Shown piece by piece: positions 1-9,514 of a DNA stretch of 64,000 nucleotides. The stretch spans positions 64,001 to 128,000 of the forward strand of contig JBHGAY010000004.1 of the NCBI GenBank assembly GCA_041946735.1, written 5' to 3'. The position numbers and the translations under genes were made by a program. The notes beneath the pieces are model-generated. The model made no database searches, was not told where the DNA came from, and saw only the letters and a program-made list of their open reading frames with translations. The first letter of the stretch is position 1; every line of letters begins with the position of its first letter. The stretch comes from Candidatus Eiseniibacteriota bacterium. GTDB taxonomy: Bacteria; Eisenbacteria; RBG-16-71-46; CAIMUX01; VGJL01.

Positions 1-1440
1 GTGACCTGGTACGACAATCGCGAAGGAGGCGTGAACGCGGACGGAAACTATCTTCTCGACACCTACGCGGCCGTGAGCACGGATGGAGGAGCCTCGTTCC
101 TCGACGCCTTCCGCATCAGCGACGTCCCCTTCGACCCGGACCTGCGCGCGCCGTGCAGGTTCAACTGCCCGCCCCGCATCTTCACGTCATGGGACGGAGG
201 AGCGAACTGCGCCTACATCTGCGGCAACGCCGTCTACAAGTGGAACGGAACGAGCTGGGCGCCGGTGAACCCCGGCGGAACGGCTCAGAAGAACGGCGTT
301 TGGGGCGCCTCCCCCTCGGCGGTCTGGATCGTTGGGAACTCCGGCGAGATCCGCTTCTGGAACGGCACGCAGTGGTCGGGTCAGACGAGCCCTACCAGCT
401 TGAGCTTGTACAAAGTGCACGGACAATCGGCGACAAATGTGACAGCCGTGGGCAACGGCGGCGCGATCGTCCACTGGAACGGGACGAACTGGTCGTTGCA
501 GCCGAGCGGTTTCAACGGCAGTCTGCGCGGCATCTGGACGCTTCCCGGAGGTACCGCCTGGGCTGCCGGCCGCGCGGGCACCGTCCTCCATTTCGACGGC
601 GTGTCCTGGAGTCCCGCGACTCCGATCCCCACCGATCAGCACCTGCAGGACGTCTGGGCCACCTCCGACGCGAACGTCTGGACCGTCGGCCTGAACGGCG
701 GCATCTATCACTGGAACGGGTCGAGCTGGACCACGATCGAGTCCAACCTCTCGAGCCTCACCGCGGTCTGGGGCAGCGGACCCGACGACATCTACTTCGC
801 GGGATGGGGAAACGACGTCCTTCACTGGAACGGTCAGGAGATGGAGCGGCAGGCGATCGGCGGAGACGTGTTCGACATCAACGGCGCCGGTCCCGACGAC
901 ATCCTGATGTCTCGAAACCCGGGAAGGGCGACCCGCTTCGATGGAAACTCATGGGTCGAGCAGCCGGTGCCGGTCCTACCTGCGACGGCCGTGCTCCGAA
1001 TCGGCGAGTACACCGGCACCGCAGTTGCTGGTGTGCGCGGTCTCGCTACATGGACCGGAAATTCCACGAGAGGAGATTCCGACCCGCCCGCGCAGGCCGC
1101 CTTCTTCGACGTCTTCCCGGCCGGCGGGCCCGCTTCCGCCGGAGAGATCGCGGCCGGTCCCTCGCTTCTGCTGCTCGAGGGTGGGCATCCGAATCCATTC
1201 CGGTGGGTGACGGAGATCGGCTATTCGCTTCCCGAACCGAAGCACGTCTCCGTCCGCGTCTTCGACGTCTCCGGACGGCTGGTCGATCTGCTCGACTCCG
1301 GTATGCGCGACGCGGGGCCCCACGATGTGACGTGGGACGGGCGCGATGCTTCCGGGAGAGCCGCCCCGGCGGGCACATACTTCGTGAGGCTCGAGGCGGA
1401 GGGCAAGGCGAGCACCGCAACGATCGTCCTGTCGCGTTGA
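1..1440 (+). CDS. Secreted repeat (beta-propeller-like, W-x-G-x-x-W) protein with C-terminal FlgD-Ig/T9SS-like domain; 5' truncated by window
   Basis: Repeated 'vWg...vwavG..G.I.hwnG..W' units and an N-terminal Asp-box (STDGGASF). C-terminal 'PNPF...FDVSGRLV...WDGRDASGRAAPAGTYFVRL' CTD. Confidence 0.75.
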   Translation: MTWYDNREGGVNADGNYLLDTYAAVSTDGGASFLDAFRISDVPFDPDLRAPCRFNCPPRIFTSWDGGANCAYICGNAVYKWNGTSWAPVNPGGTAQKNGVWGASPSAVWIVGNSGEIRFWNGTQWSGQTSPTSLSLYKVHGQSATNVTAVGNGGAIVHWNGTNWSLQPSGFNGSLRGIWTLPGGTAWAAGRAGTVLHFDGVSWSPATPIPTDQHLQDVWATSDANVWTVGLNGGIYHWNGSSWTTIESNLSSLTAVWGSGPDDIYFAGWGNDVLHWNGQEMERQAIGGDVFDINGAGPDDILMSRNPGRATRFDGNSWVEQPVPVLPATAVLRIGEYTGTAVAGVRGLATWTGNSTRGDSDPPAQAAFFDVFPAGGPASAGEIAAGPSLLLLEGGHPNPFRWVTEIGYSLPEPKHVSVRVFDVSGRLVDLLDSGMRDAGPHDVTWDGRDASGRAAPAGTYFVRLEAEGKASTATIVLSR

Positions 1441-1692
1441 CCGCGGGTCGCCGGCCGCGACATGCCGTGATCGAGCAGTCGGCGCCCTGTTCCCGTTGCG
1501 GGAGAACCGCAGGGGATGGGGGCGCCGGCCCCTTTCCCAACGGCAAGCTGGCTCCGATATAGCGAAGTCCACCGTCCGAACCGGATACTTCGCGGCGCTT
1601 CGCCGGACACGGTCATCGGATCACAGCCACCGGATCTTGGACGGTCGGCGAGACGGCGATAGACTGGCACCGGTTCGGCATCGGGGGCCCTC

Positions 1693-4600
1693 GTGGACCA
1701 CTCCGCACACGACTCCCCCGGGAGCGAGCCGGCGAGAGGACATCGCTCCCGAGAGGGCAAGGAGATCCCGGCAGCCATCGGCCGCTATCCGGTCACCGGT
1801 GTGCTCGGCCGCGGCGGCATGGGGATCGTGTATGCCGGGGAAGATCCGCAGCTCGGGCGAGCGATCGCGATCAAGGTTCTGCATCCCAGGATCGCTGTCG
1901 ACTCTGCCGGTCGGACCTCGTTCGAGCGAGAGGCGCGGCTCCTCGCCGCTCTGAATCACCCGAACATCGCGACGATCTACTCGCTGGAGCGACAGGACGA
2001 GCGCGATTTCCTGACGATGGAGCTCGTGTCCGGCGATAGTCTCGCCGACCGGATCGCGCGTGGGCCGGTCTCTCCCAGCCAGTCGATCGAGTTCGCGCGC
2101 CAGATCGCCAGCGGCCTCGAAGCCGCTCACGCCGCGGGGATCCTCCATCTCGATCTGAAGCCGACCAACATCAAGATCACGCAGGACGAGCGGGTGAAAC
2201 TGGTCGATTTCGGACTGGCCCGCATTCGCTCATCTCAAGAAGCTGCGTCGAGCGAGCGGGCAGCGATCGCCCAACCGGCGACGATCGAGATGGAGATCCA
2301 GGGCTCTCCGGGATACATGAGTCCCGAGCAGCTCCGGGGAGGCCCGTTCGACACGAAGAGCGACATCTGGGCGCTCGGATGCGTGCTCTTCGAAATGTTC
2401 GCCGGGCGTCCCGCGTTTCCGGGCCCCACGGTTTCCGATCGGATCGCCGCGACCCTCCAGACCGTGCCCGACTGGGTGGCGCTCCCCACGGATACGCCGC
2501 TTCGGATCCGCTTCCTGATCCAGCAATGTCTCGAGCGGGACGTGGACCGCCGGCTCGATTCGATGACCCGCGCTCGTCGGATGCTGGAGGGGGAGATCGC
2601 ATCCGCCATGCAGGAGCCGATTCCCGAGCCTACTTCCCCGGAGGCCGGCCAACATCCGACCAACCTTCCGCTGGCTCTGACATCGTTCATCGGCCGTTCC
2701 GTCCTTCTCGAGGAACTGGCGCGGCGACTTGCGGAAGAGCGGCTCGTTACGCTGACGGGTCCGGGCGGCTGTGGAAAGACCCGGCTGGCGCGTGAGGCCG
2801 GCCGCAGGCTCCTCCCGGCGTTCCCGGATGGGGTCTGGCTGGTGGAGCTGGGGCCGGTCCGCGAGCCGGAGATGGTTCCGCACGCGGCCTGTGCAGCCCT
2901 CGGGATTCGCGAAGACTCCCAGCGCCCGCTGACGGAGACGCTGCGCCTCGAGCTCAAATCCAGGCAGATGCTCGTCATCCTGGACAACTGCGAGCACCTG
3001 GTCGATGCGAGCGCCCGCCTGGCCCAGTACCTGTTGGAGGTCTGCCCGAACCTCCGCGTTCTCGCCACCAGCCGGGAGCGGCTCGGCGTCGCAGGGGAGT
3101 CGCTCTGCCCGCTGCCGCCGCTGGCGATTCCCGGGAGCATGGAGTTCCGTTCCGTATCGGATCTTGAGCAGATCGAGTCCGTACGGCTCTTCCTGGATCG
3201 TGCGCAGGCCGCCGACGCGCGCTTCACGCTCACGCCGGACAACGCGGAGCTCGTCGCTCAGGTGTGTACAAGGCTCGATGGCATTCCCCTCGCCCTGGAG
3301 CTTGCGGCGGCTCGAGTCGGAGTGCTTCCGGTCGAGGAGATCGCTCAACGCCTCGACGATCGCTTCCACCTCCTCACGACGAGCACGCGGACATCGATCC
3401 CCCACCATCGGACGCTGCATGCGCTGATCGACTGGAGCCATGACACGCTCACGGATGCGGAGAGCCTCCTTTTCCGGCGGCTGGGGATCTTCAGCGGAGG
3501 TTGGTCGCTGGAGGCGGTGGAGGAGATCTGCGCTCCGGGCGACATCGAGCCGTGGAACGTCCTCGACCTGCACTCCCGCCTCGTCGAGAGATCGTTGATC
3601 GAACGGGACGTCGATGGCGAACGCCGGGCCGGTCAGGTCCGCTACAGGGCTCTCGAGACGATCCGTGAATACGCCCGGGAGAAGCTGCGCGAAGCGCTGG
3701 AAGAGGAGATGTTGCAGCTCCGGCATCGGGGCTTCTTCCTGGCCCTCGCGGTCGGGTCCTCGGCACATCTCGTCGGACCGGACCAACGGGTCTGGTCCCA
3801 GCGTCTGGAGGTCGATCACGACAACCTGCGATCCGCGATCGCAGGCGCCTGCGCTCCGGGGCCACAGCGCGACGTCGAGGCCGCCGTGAAGATTGCCGCT
3901 TCGCTCGGGCGGTACTGGTACGGACGCGGCCGCTGGACCGAGGGGCGCACCCTCATGAAGGAGGTGCTCGCGCTCCCCGGCGCCGCTACGAGAAACGCGT
4001 GTCGCGCGCAGGCGCTCGCCTGGACGGGCTGGATCGCGCTCTGGCAGGGCGATCTGGACGAGGCGTGGACGACGAATCAGGAGAGCCTGGCGATCCGGCG
4101 GGAGCTGGGGGATCGGATGGGCATCTCCCAGTCACTCAACAACCTCGGCGCCGTGGCACTGGAGCGGGCGGATTTCGCGGCATGCCGTGCGTTCTACGAA
4201 GAGAGCCTCGCGTTGCGGCGAGCCGAGGGGAACCTCCGCTATCAGGCGGTCTCCCTTCACAACCTCGCCGAGCTCTGCTTCCGCACCGGCGATCTCGAAG
4301 AAGCACGACGATTCAACGAGGAGAGCCTGGCGCTTCGACGGGAGGTGGGAGATCTGATGGGGATCGCCGACTCCCTCTGTGCGCTCGGCATGGTCGCGGA
4401 ACGAATGTCGGATCTCGCAGGGGCCCGCGAATTCCACGAAGCGAGCCTCGCAAACCGCATGGACAGGGAGGATCCGATGGGAATCGGCGAGTCCTTGCAC
4501 AATCTCGCAGGGATCGACGCGCAGGAAGGACGCTTCGACACCGCCCGGCTTCGTTACGCGCGAAGCCTGTCGATCCGGAAGGGCCTCGGAGATCGGCTTG

Positions 4601-4872
4601 GGATCATCGAATCGCTGGAGGCCATCGGGTTTCTCGAGATCGAGGCGGGCGACTATCGCAGGGCTGCGTGCGTTCTCGGGGCGGCGGCAGCCGTGCGGGC
4701 GGAGATCGAGGCGGCGGTTCCTCCTCCCCGTGAGAGACAGCTCGAGAAAGCGCTCGGCAGGGCTCGCCGGCAACTCGGGCATTCGGCCGTCGAAAGCGAG
4801 TGGGAGCGCGGCCGACGCATGACGATTCCGGAAGCGGTCGAATGCGCTGCGTCCGGTCTGCCGGGAACATGA
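1693..4872 (+). CDS. Ser/Thr protein kinase fused to STAND/NB-ARC-like ATPase and TPR repeats
   Basis: Kinase motifs GRGGMG, AIKVL, HLDLKPTN, DFG, GSPGYMSPEQ. P-loop GPGGCGKT, Walker B LVILDNCEH, GIPLALELAA. C-terminal TPRs (SLNNLG, SLHNLA). Confidence 0.9.
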   Translation: MDHSAHDSPGSEPARGHRSREGKEIPAAIGRYPVTGVLGRGGMGIVYAGEDPQLGRAIAIKVLHPRIAVDSAGRTSFEREARLLAALNHPNIATIYSLERQDERDFLTMELVSGDSLADRIARGPVSPSQSIEFARQIASGLEAAHAAGILHLDLKPTNIKITQDERVKLVDFGLARIRSSQEAASSERAAIAQPATIEMEIQGSPGYMSPEQLRGGPFDTKSDIWALGCVLFEMFAGRPAFPGPTVSDRIAATLQTVPDWVALPTDTPLRIRFLIQQCLERDVDRRLDSMTRARRMLEGEIASAMQEPIPEPTSPEAGQHPTNLPLALTSFIGRSVLLEELARRLAEERLVTLTGPGGCGKTRLAREAGRRLLPAFPDGVWLVELGPVREPEMVPHAACAALGIREDSQRPLTETLRLELKSRQMLVILDNCEHLVDASARLAQYLLEVCPNLRVLATSRERLGVAGESLCPLPPLAIPGSMEFRSVSDLEQIESVRLFLDRAQAADARFTLTPDNAELVAQVCTRLDGIPLALELAAARVGVLPVEEIAQRLDDRFHLLTTSTRTSIPHHRTLHALIDWSHDTLTDAESLLFRRLGIFSGGWSLEAVEEICAPGDIEPWNVLDLHSRLVERSLIERDVDGERRAGQVRYRALETIREYAREKLREALEEEMLQLRHRGFFLALAVGSSAHLVGPDQRVWSQRLEVDHDNLRSAIAGACAPGPQRDVEAAVKIAASLGRYWYGRGRWTEGRTLMKEVLALPGAATRNACRAQALAWTGWIALWQGDLDEAWTTNQESLAIRRELGDRMGISQSLNNLGAVALERADFAACRAFYEESLALRRAEGNLRYQAVSLHNLAELCFRTGDLEEARRFNEESLALRREVGDLMGIADSLCALGMVAERMSDLAGAREFHEASLANRMDREDPMGIGESLHNLAGIDAQEGRFDTARLRYARSLSIRKGLGDRLGIIESLEAIGFLEIEAGDYRRAACVLGAAAAVRAEIEAAVPPPRERQLEKALGRARRQLGHSAVESEWERGRRMTIPEAVECAASGLPGT

Positions 4873-4987
4873 CGACGCTGGGCGGGACGCCGTTTCTCCG
4901 GCGCCCCCACCCACCGTCCTGCTCGTTCTGCTCGTCAGAATCGCGCTTCTGGAGGCAAGCTACCGAAACGCGTTACCCCAGCCAAGG

Positions 4988-5359
4988 CTACCAGCGGCCG
5001 TGATCGGTATGGCCGTGGTGCCCGTGGTGGCCCGTAGAGTCGCAGCCTCCGCCGCCATGATGTCCGCCGTGGCCGGTTGTATCGCAGCCTCCTCCGCCGT
5101 CATGGCAGCCGCCGGGGCAGTTCGGATCGCAGTCCCCACCGCCCATCATGCAGTCCATGTGGTTCGGACAGGTGCAGCTATCGGCCGGGCAGCCCATGCA
5201 GTCGCCGCAGCCACCACCACCACCGCCTCCCGCTCCGTGAAGGCTCTCTGGAGTGATCACCGAGTTGCGACCGCCTGTGGAGCCCGGATCGTCCGCGCAT
5301 CCCCACGCGACCAGGAAGAGAAAGAGGACCGGAATCGACCAGGCCAGAACTCGACGCAT
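4988..5359 (-). CDS. Small Cys/His/Gly-rich putative lipoprotein (metallothionein-like)
   Basis: ATG at 5359 follows SD-like AAGGGGGA. Signal peptide MRRVLAWSIPVLFLFLVAWG-C. The mature part carries 11 further Cys and a GHH-repeat tail. Confidence 0.7.
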   Translation of the reverse strand: MRRVLAWSIPVLFLFLVAWGCADDPGSTGGRNSVITPESLHGAGGGGGGGCGDCMGCPADSCTCPNHMDCMMGGGDCDPNCPGGCHDGGGGCDTTGHGGHHGGGGCDSTGHHGHHGHTDHGRW

Positions 5360-5675
5360 CTCACTTCCCCCTTGTGGCTCGCCAGCGATATCGACACATG
5401 GAATGTCACCAGAGTGACGCCTGAAGATTTTCTCCGGCCTCGCGCGTAGATGGAATTTCATTCTTCTGAAGTTCAAGATGGCGTGGGCTTTTTGTGCTTA
5501 GCTTCACGACGTGCTCCGTCCTCATCTTCGCTGGGATCGGTCAGATCGGGTGTGCCGCCGAGGTGCCATCGCGGACGGATTTGACTCTGCCGGGCGGGCC
5601 GGCGTAGCGTCCGCTCCGGTGTGAGCGCCGCGCGAGGGCGAGGGCGCGGGCGGAGGAAGGGAGGCGGTTCCCCTC

Positions 5676-6638
5676 ATGCGACGACGTCGGTTCCTTTCGG
5701 CCAGCGCGGGGTGGGTCGCTGCGAGCCTGGCTCCTGCCTCGATTCCATTCGGGATCCCCGACTCGCCTGCCCGGGCCTTCGGAACGCCGGCCCTGGCGTC
5801 TGCTGCTTCTGGCGCCGATCCCACGTCGATTCCGCTTCTCGCCGTTGCGCACGGTCCTGATCCCGCGTCGATCGCGGCCGCGGCGATCGACGCGCTCGGC
5901 GGTGTCGGCCGTTTCGTCTCACTCGGCGATCGGGTGGTGCTGAAGGCGAACATCGGCTGGGACCGCACCCCCGAGCAGGCGGCGAACACGAACCCGGAGT
6001 TGCTCGCGGGTCTCGTCCGTCTTTGCCTGGGCGCGGGCGCGAAGTCGGTCCTCGTCTTGGACAATCCCTGCAACGATCCGCGCCGCTGTTACACGCGGTC
6101 GGGAATCGAAGCAGCCGTCAAGGCGGCGGGAGGACGGGTCGAGTTCTTCGAGGAAGCGCGCACGCGCAAGATGAGCGTCGGCGGATCGGCCGTGAAAGAG
6201 TGGCTCGTTCATCCCGCATTCGTCGAGCGGGACGTGCTGATCAACGTGCCGATCGCCAAGCACCACGGCCTCGCCGGAATCACCCTGGGGATGAAGAACT
6301 GGCTCGGCGCGCTCGGAGGCCCTCGCAACCGGCTGCATCGAGAGATCGACCGCTCGATCGTGGACCTGCAGGCGTTCTTCCGCCCCGACCTCACGCTGAT
6401 CGACGGCGTGCGGATCCTCAAGCGTGGCGGACCGCAGGGGGGAAGCCTCGACGACGTCGAGCGGCTGGACACCGTCGTCGCCTCCGCCGATCCGCTCGCG
6501 GCCGAAGCGCGCGGCGCGGCTCTCCACGGACGCCGCGCGGCAGATCTCCCTCACATCCGTATCGGCCTCGAGCGCGGTCTCGGCAGGATCCAGTGGGAGG
6601 CGGGCGAAGAGCGCGTGCTCGAGGTCCCTCGAGGCTGA
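5676..6638 (+). CDS. DUF362 family protein with Tat-like signal
   Basis: MRRRRFL twin-Arg leader, VVLKANIGWDR...ANTNP, INVPIAKHH...TLGMKN, DPLAAEA. SD GGAGG upstream. Confidence 0.85.
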   Translation: MRRRRFLSASAGWVAASLAPASIPFGIPDSPARAFGTPALASAASGADPTSIPLLAVAHGPDPASIAAAAIDALGGVGRFVSLGDRVVLKANIGWDRTPEQAANTNPELLAGLVRLCLGAGAKSVLVLDNPCNDPRRCYTRSGIEAAVKAAGGRVEFFEEARTRKMSVGGSAVKEWLVHPAFVERDVLINVPIAKHHGLAGITLGMKNWLGALGGPRNRLHREIDRSIVDLQAFFRPDLTLIDGVRILKRGGPQGGSLDDVERLDTVVASADPLAAEARGAALHGRRAADLPHIRIGLERGLGRIQWEAGEERVLEVPRG

Positions 6639-6642
6639 CCGG

Positions 6643-8250
6643 ATGCTGCGCCGCGTCCGGATCGCCGTGCAGCTCGCGAGCCTTGCGCTCTTCCTCTATC
6701 TGCTCGCGCGCACGGTCGGAATCGGCGAGGACCAGCTCGGCCCTCCCGTCCGGATCTTCCTCGAGATCGACCCGCTGATCGGCATCACGACCTGGCTCCG
6801 GACGGGCGCGCTGCATGGTCTGCTTCCGCTGTCGCTGGCGACGCTCGCCCTCGCCTTCCTGCTCGGCCGCTCCTTCTGCGGGTGGATCTGCCCTCTCGGG
6901 ACCCTCTCGCAAGCCAGCGGGCGCCTGCGGCGGCCGCGCGCCACGGAGAAGACCGCCGACCGTTACCGGCCATCTCAGCGATGGAAGGTCTGGATCCTCC
7001 TCGCGGTCCTTGCCAGCTCCGCGGCCGGCTTTCTCGTGACGGGGATCCTCGATCCCATCACGATCCTCGTTCGCTCGCTCGCCCTCGGCCTCGGGCCGGC
7101 GATGGAATCGACGATTCGCGCGGGGGCGAACGGGCTGGCCGCCACTCCGGCAGGGGGCGTGACCGACCGCGTCTACTTCTATATCCGTGACCACGCAATG
7201 GCGCCGCATCCTCCTCGCTTCGAGCAGGGGATGCTCCTCACCGGGATCCTGATCCTCCTTCTGGGGCTTGCCTGGATCCGGAAGCGCTTCTGGTGCCGGA
7301 CCCTGTGTCCGCTCGGAGCGCTCCTCGGGATCTGCGCGCACGCCGGGACACTGCGGCTGCGGCAAGATGACGTCACCTGCACGAGCTGCGCGCTCTGCAC
7401 ATTTCATTGCCAGGGGGCCGCCGATCCTCATAAGCCGGGCGGCTGGCGCGCCTCGGAATGTTTCGTCTGCGGCAACTGCACCGCGGCCTGCACGCGGAAC
7501 GGCCTCTCTTTTACGATCGGCTCGCCGAGGATAGCGCGGACTCTGGGGGGGTGGATCCCGCGCCGTCGCGCGCCCGCGAGACGCCCGCACCCGGCAGGCG
7601 CCGTCCTCGACATCGGACGCCGCCAGCTCCTGCTCGCCGGCGGCATCGGTCTTGCGGCCGGAGCGCTCGCTCCGCTCTCCCCTTCGCGCGCGCATCCGAG
7701 GGACGGCGTGATCCGGCCGCCGGGCGCGGGGCCCGAGCCGGAGTTCCTCGACCAGTGCATTCGCTGCGGGGAATGCATGAAGGTCTGCACCGGCAACGGC
7801 CTTCATCCCGCCGCTCTCGAGGAGGGCCTGCAGGGCCTGTGGGCGCCCATCCTGCGGCCGCGCCTTGGCTATTGCGAATACGAGTGCACGCTCTGCGGCC
7901 AGGTCTGCCCGACCGGTGCGATCCCGCTCCTCGATGCGGCCGAGAAGAAGCGGACGGTGATCGGCATCGCCTATGTCGATGCCGGCCGTTGCCTGCCGTT
8001 CGCCTCGCTCGCGCCGTGCATCGTGTGCGAGGAGCACTGCCCGACGTCGCCCAAGGCGATCCAGCTCGACGACATCGAAGCGGCGCGGCCCGGCGGCGAG
8101 CGCGTGCGGCTGAGGAGGCCGCGCGTAGTGACCGAGGCGTGCGTGGGATGCGGAATCTGCGAGTTCCGGTGCCCGATCGAGGGAAGCGCGGGAATCCGGA
8201 TCTCGGGAAGTGCCCGGACCGATCGGCTGGCGCCGGCCGCACAGGGCTAA
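6643..8250 (+). CDS. Membrane polyferredoxin (NapH/MauN + NapG/MauM-like 4Fe-4S fusion)
   Basis: TM segments with FCGWICPLG and WCRTLCPLG, multiple CxxCxxCxxxC motifs, IRPPGA...CIRCGECMKVC. Confidence 0.88.
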   Translation: MLRRVRIAVQLASLALFLYLLARTVGIGEDQLGPPVRIFLEIDPLIGITTWLRTGALHGLLPLSLATLALAFLLGRSFCGWICPLGTLSQASGRLRRPRATEKTADRYRPSQRWKVWILLAVLASSAAGFLVTGILDPITILVRSLALGLGPAMESTIRAGANGLAATPAGGVTDRVYFYIRDHAMAPHPPRFEQGMLLTGILILLLGLAWIRKRFWCRTLCPLGALLGICAHAGTLRLRQDDVTCTSCALCTFHCQGAADPHKPGGWRASECFVCGNCTAACTRNGLSFTIGSPRIARTLGGWIPRRRAPARRPHPAGAVLDIGRRQLLLAGGIGLAAGALAPLSPSRAHPRDGVIRPPGAGPEPEFLDQCIRCGECMKVCTGNGLHPAALEEGLQGLWAPILRPRLGYCEYECTLCGQVCPTGAIPLLDAAEKKRTVIGIAYVDAGRCLPFASLAPCIVCEEHCPTSPKAIQLDDIEAARPGGERVRLRRPRVVTEACVGCGICEFRCPIEGSAGIRISGSARTDRLAPAAQG

Positions 8251-8271
8251 CGCTCGGCCGGCCGCGGTAGA

Positions 8272-9477
8272 GTGATGCGCATGGGACTTCCCGGCCTGCG
8301 CCGCGCTTCCGTTCCCGCGACGCGCGGCGTTTCGATCCTCGATCTGCTCGGCGCGGTCCTGGCGCTCCTCGCCGGCGTTGCCGCGTCGCGGATCGCCACG
8401 ATCGACCGTCCCCTCGTCGAAAGCGTGTACGCGCGCGGCCTCTATCCTTGGATCGCCTTCGCCCTCGCCGTTCCGGCGCGAGCCGCCGCCTCGTTCTGCA
8501 TCGCCCCTTTCCTCACGGGCGCGCTCGCGATCGCGGCGATCGTGTGGATCGCTGCCGGCGTCCGGCCGGGCGGAGCGCCGCGGGCCGCGGTCCGGCTCCT
8601 CTCCGTGGCAGCGCTCGCGGTCTGGTTCTTCCTGCTCTTCTGGGGCTTCAACCATGCGCGACCGGCTCTGCTCGACCGCCTCGGCCTCCCGCGCGTCCCC
8701 GCCACGGCGGAAGCTCTCGCCCGGCTCTCCGCCTCCCTGTCGATCGAGCTGGAGCAGGCGCAGCGTGAGGCCGCCGCATCGGGCGAGATCGTCTGGCCCT
8801 CCGACGGCAGCGGAAGTCCGCTCGATCCTTCACCGGCGGGGACGGATCCCGGCGGCCGGGCGGAGACCGGCGGACGTCTCGCCATCCCGCTCGACAGGCT
8901 GTCCGAGCGCCTGGCGGCCGGCCACCGCTCGTTCACTCCGGTCGCGATCGGGCGCGTGCGCTACGCGCGGCCGAAGACGTCCCGCTTCCTGAGCTACCTC
9001 TATACGAGGATCGGGATCGCCGGCATCTACTCCCCCTTCACCGGCGAGGCGACCTACAACGGAGCGATGCCGGATGCGGCGATCCCCTTCGCGATCGCGC
9101 ACGAGATGGCGCACCAGCGCGCGACGGCGCGCGAGGATGAGTCGAACTTCTTGGCGTTCGTCGCTTGCCGGAAGAGCGGCTCGCCGGCCGCGCGATACAG
9201 CGCGGCGCTCGGCGCCTGGCGCACGGCGATCGCCGCGTACGCGAGCGTCGCGCCCGACTCCGCGCGAGCGCTCGCCGCTCGGATCCCCGAGCCTGCCCGC
9301 CGGGATCTTCGAGCGATCCGGTCGTTCTGGCAGCGTCACGCCGGACCGACCGCCGACGTCGCGGAGCGAGTGAACGACGCCTATCTGAAGGCGAGCGGGG
9401 ACCGGCGCGGGGTTCGGAGCTACGGCCGGATGATCGATCTCCTGCTGGCGTACGAGGAGACGGTCAACCGCCCGTAG
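8272..9477 (+). CDS. DUF3810-like membrane-anchored zinc metalloprotease-like protein
   Basis: N-terminal TM helices, LFWGFNH, GIYSPFTGEA, HEMAH + E motif, NDAYLKA. Start codon uncertain. Confidence 0.8.
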   Translation: MMRMGLPGLRRASVPATRGVSILDLLGAVLALLAGVAASRIATIDRPLVESVYARGLYPWIAFALAVPARAAASFCIAPFLTGALAIAAIVWIAAGVRPGGAPRAAVRLLSVAALAVWFFLLFWGFNHARPALLDRLGLPRVPATAEALARLSASLSIELEQAQREAAASGEIVWPSDGSGSPLDPSPAGTDPGGRAETGGRLAIPLDRLSERLAAGHRSFTPVAIGRVRYARPKTSRFLSYLYTRIGIAGIYSPFTGEATYNGAMPDAAIPFAIAHEMAHQRATAREDESNFLAFVACRKSGSPAARYSAALGAWRTAIAAYASVAPDSARALAARIPEPARRDLRAIRSFWQRHAGPTADVAERVNDAYLKASGDRRGVRSYGRMIDLLLAYEETVNRP

Positions 9478-9514
9478 CCCGGCGGCGATGCGCTCCCGCG
9501 GCGCCCGCACCGAA

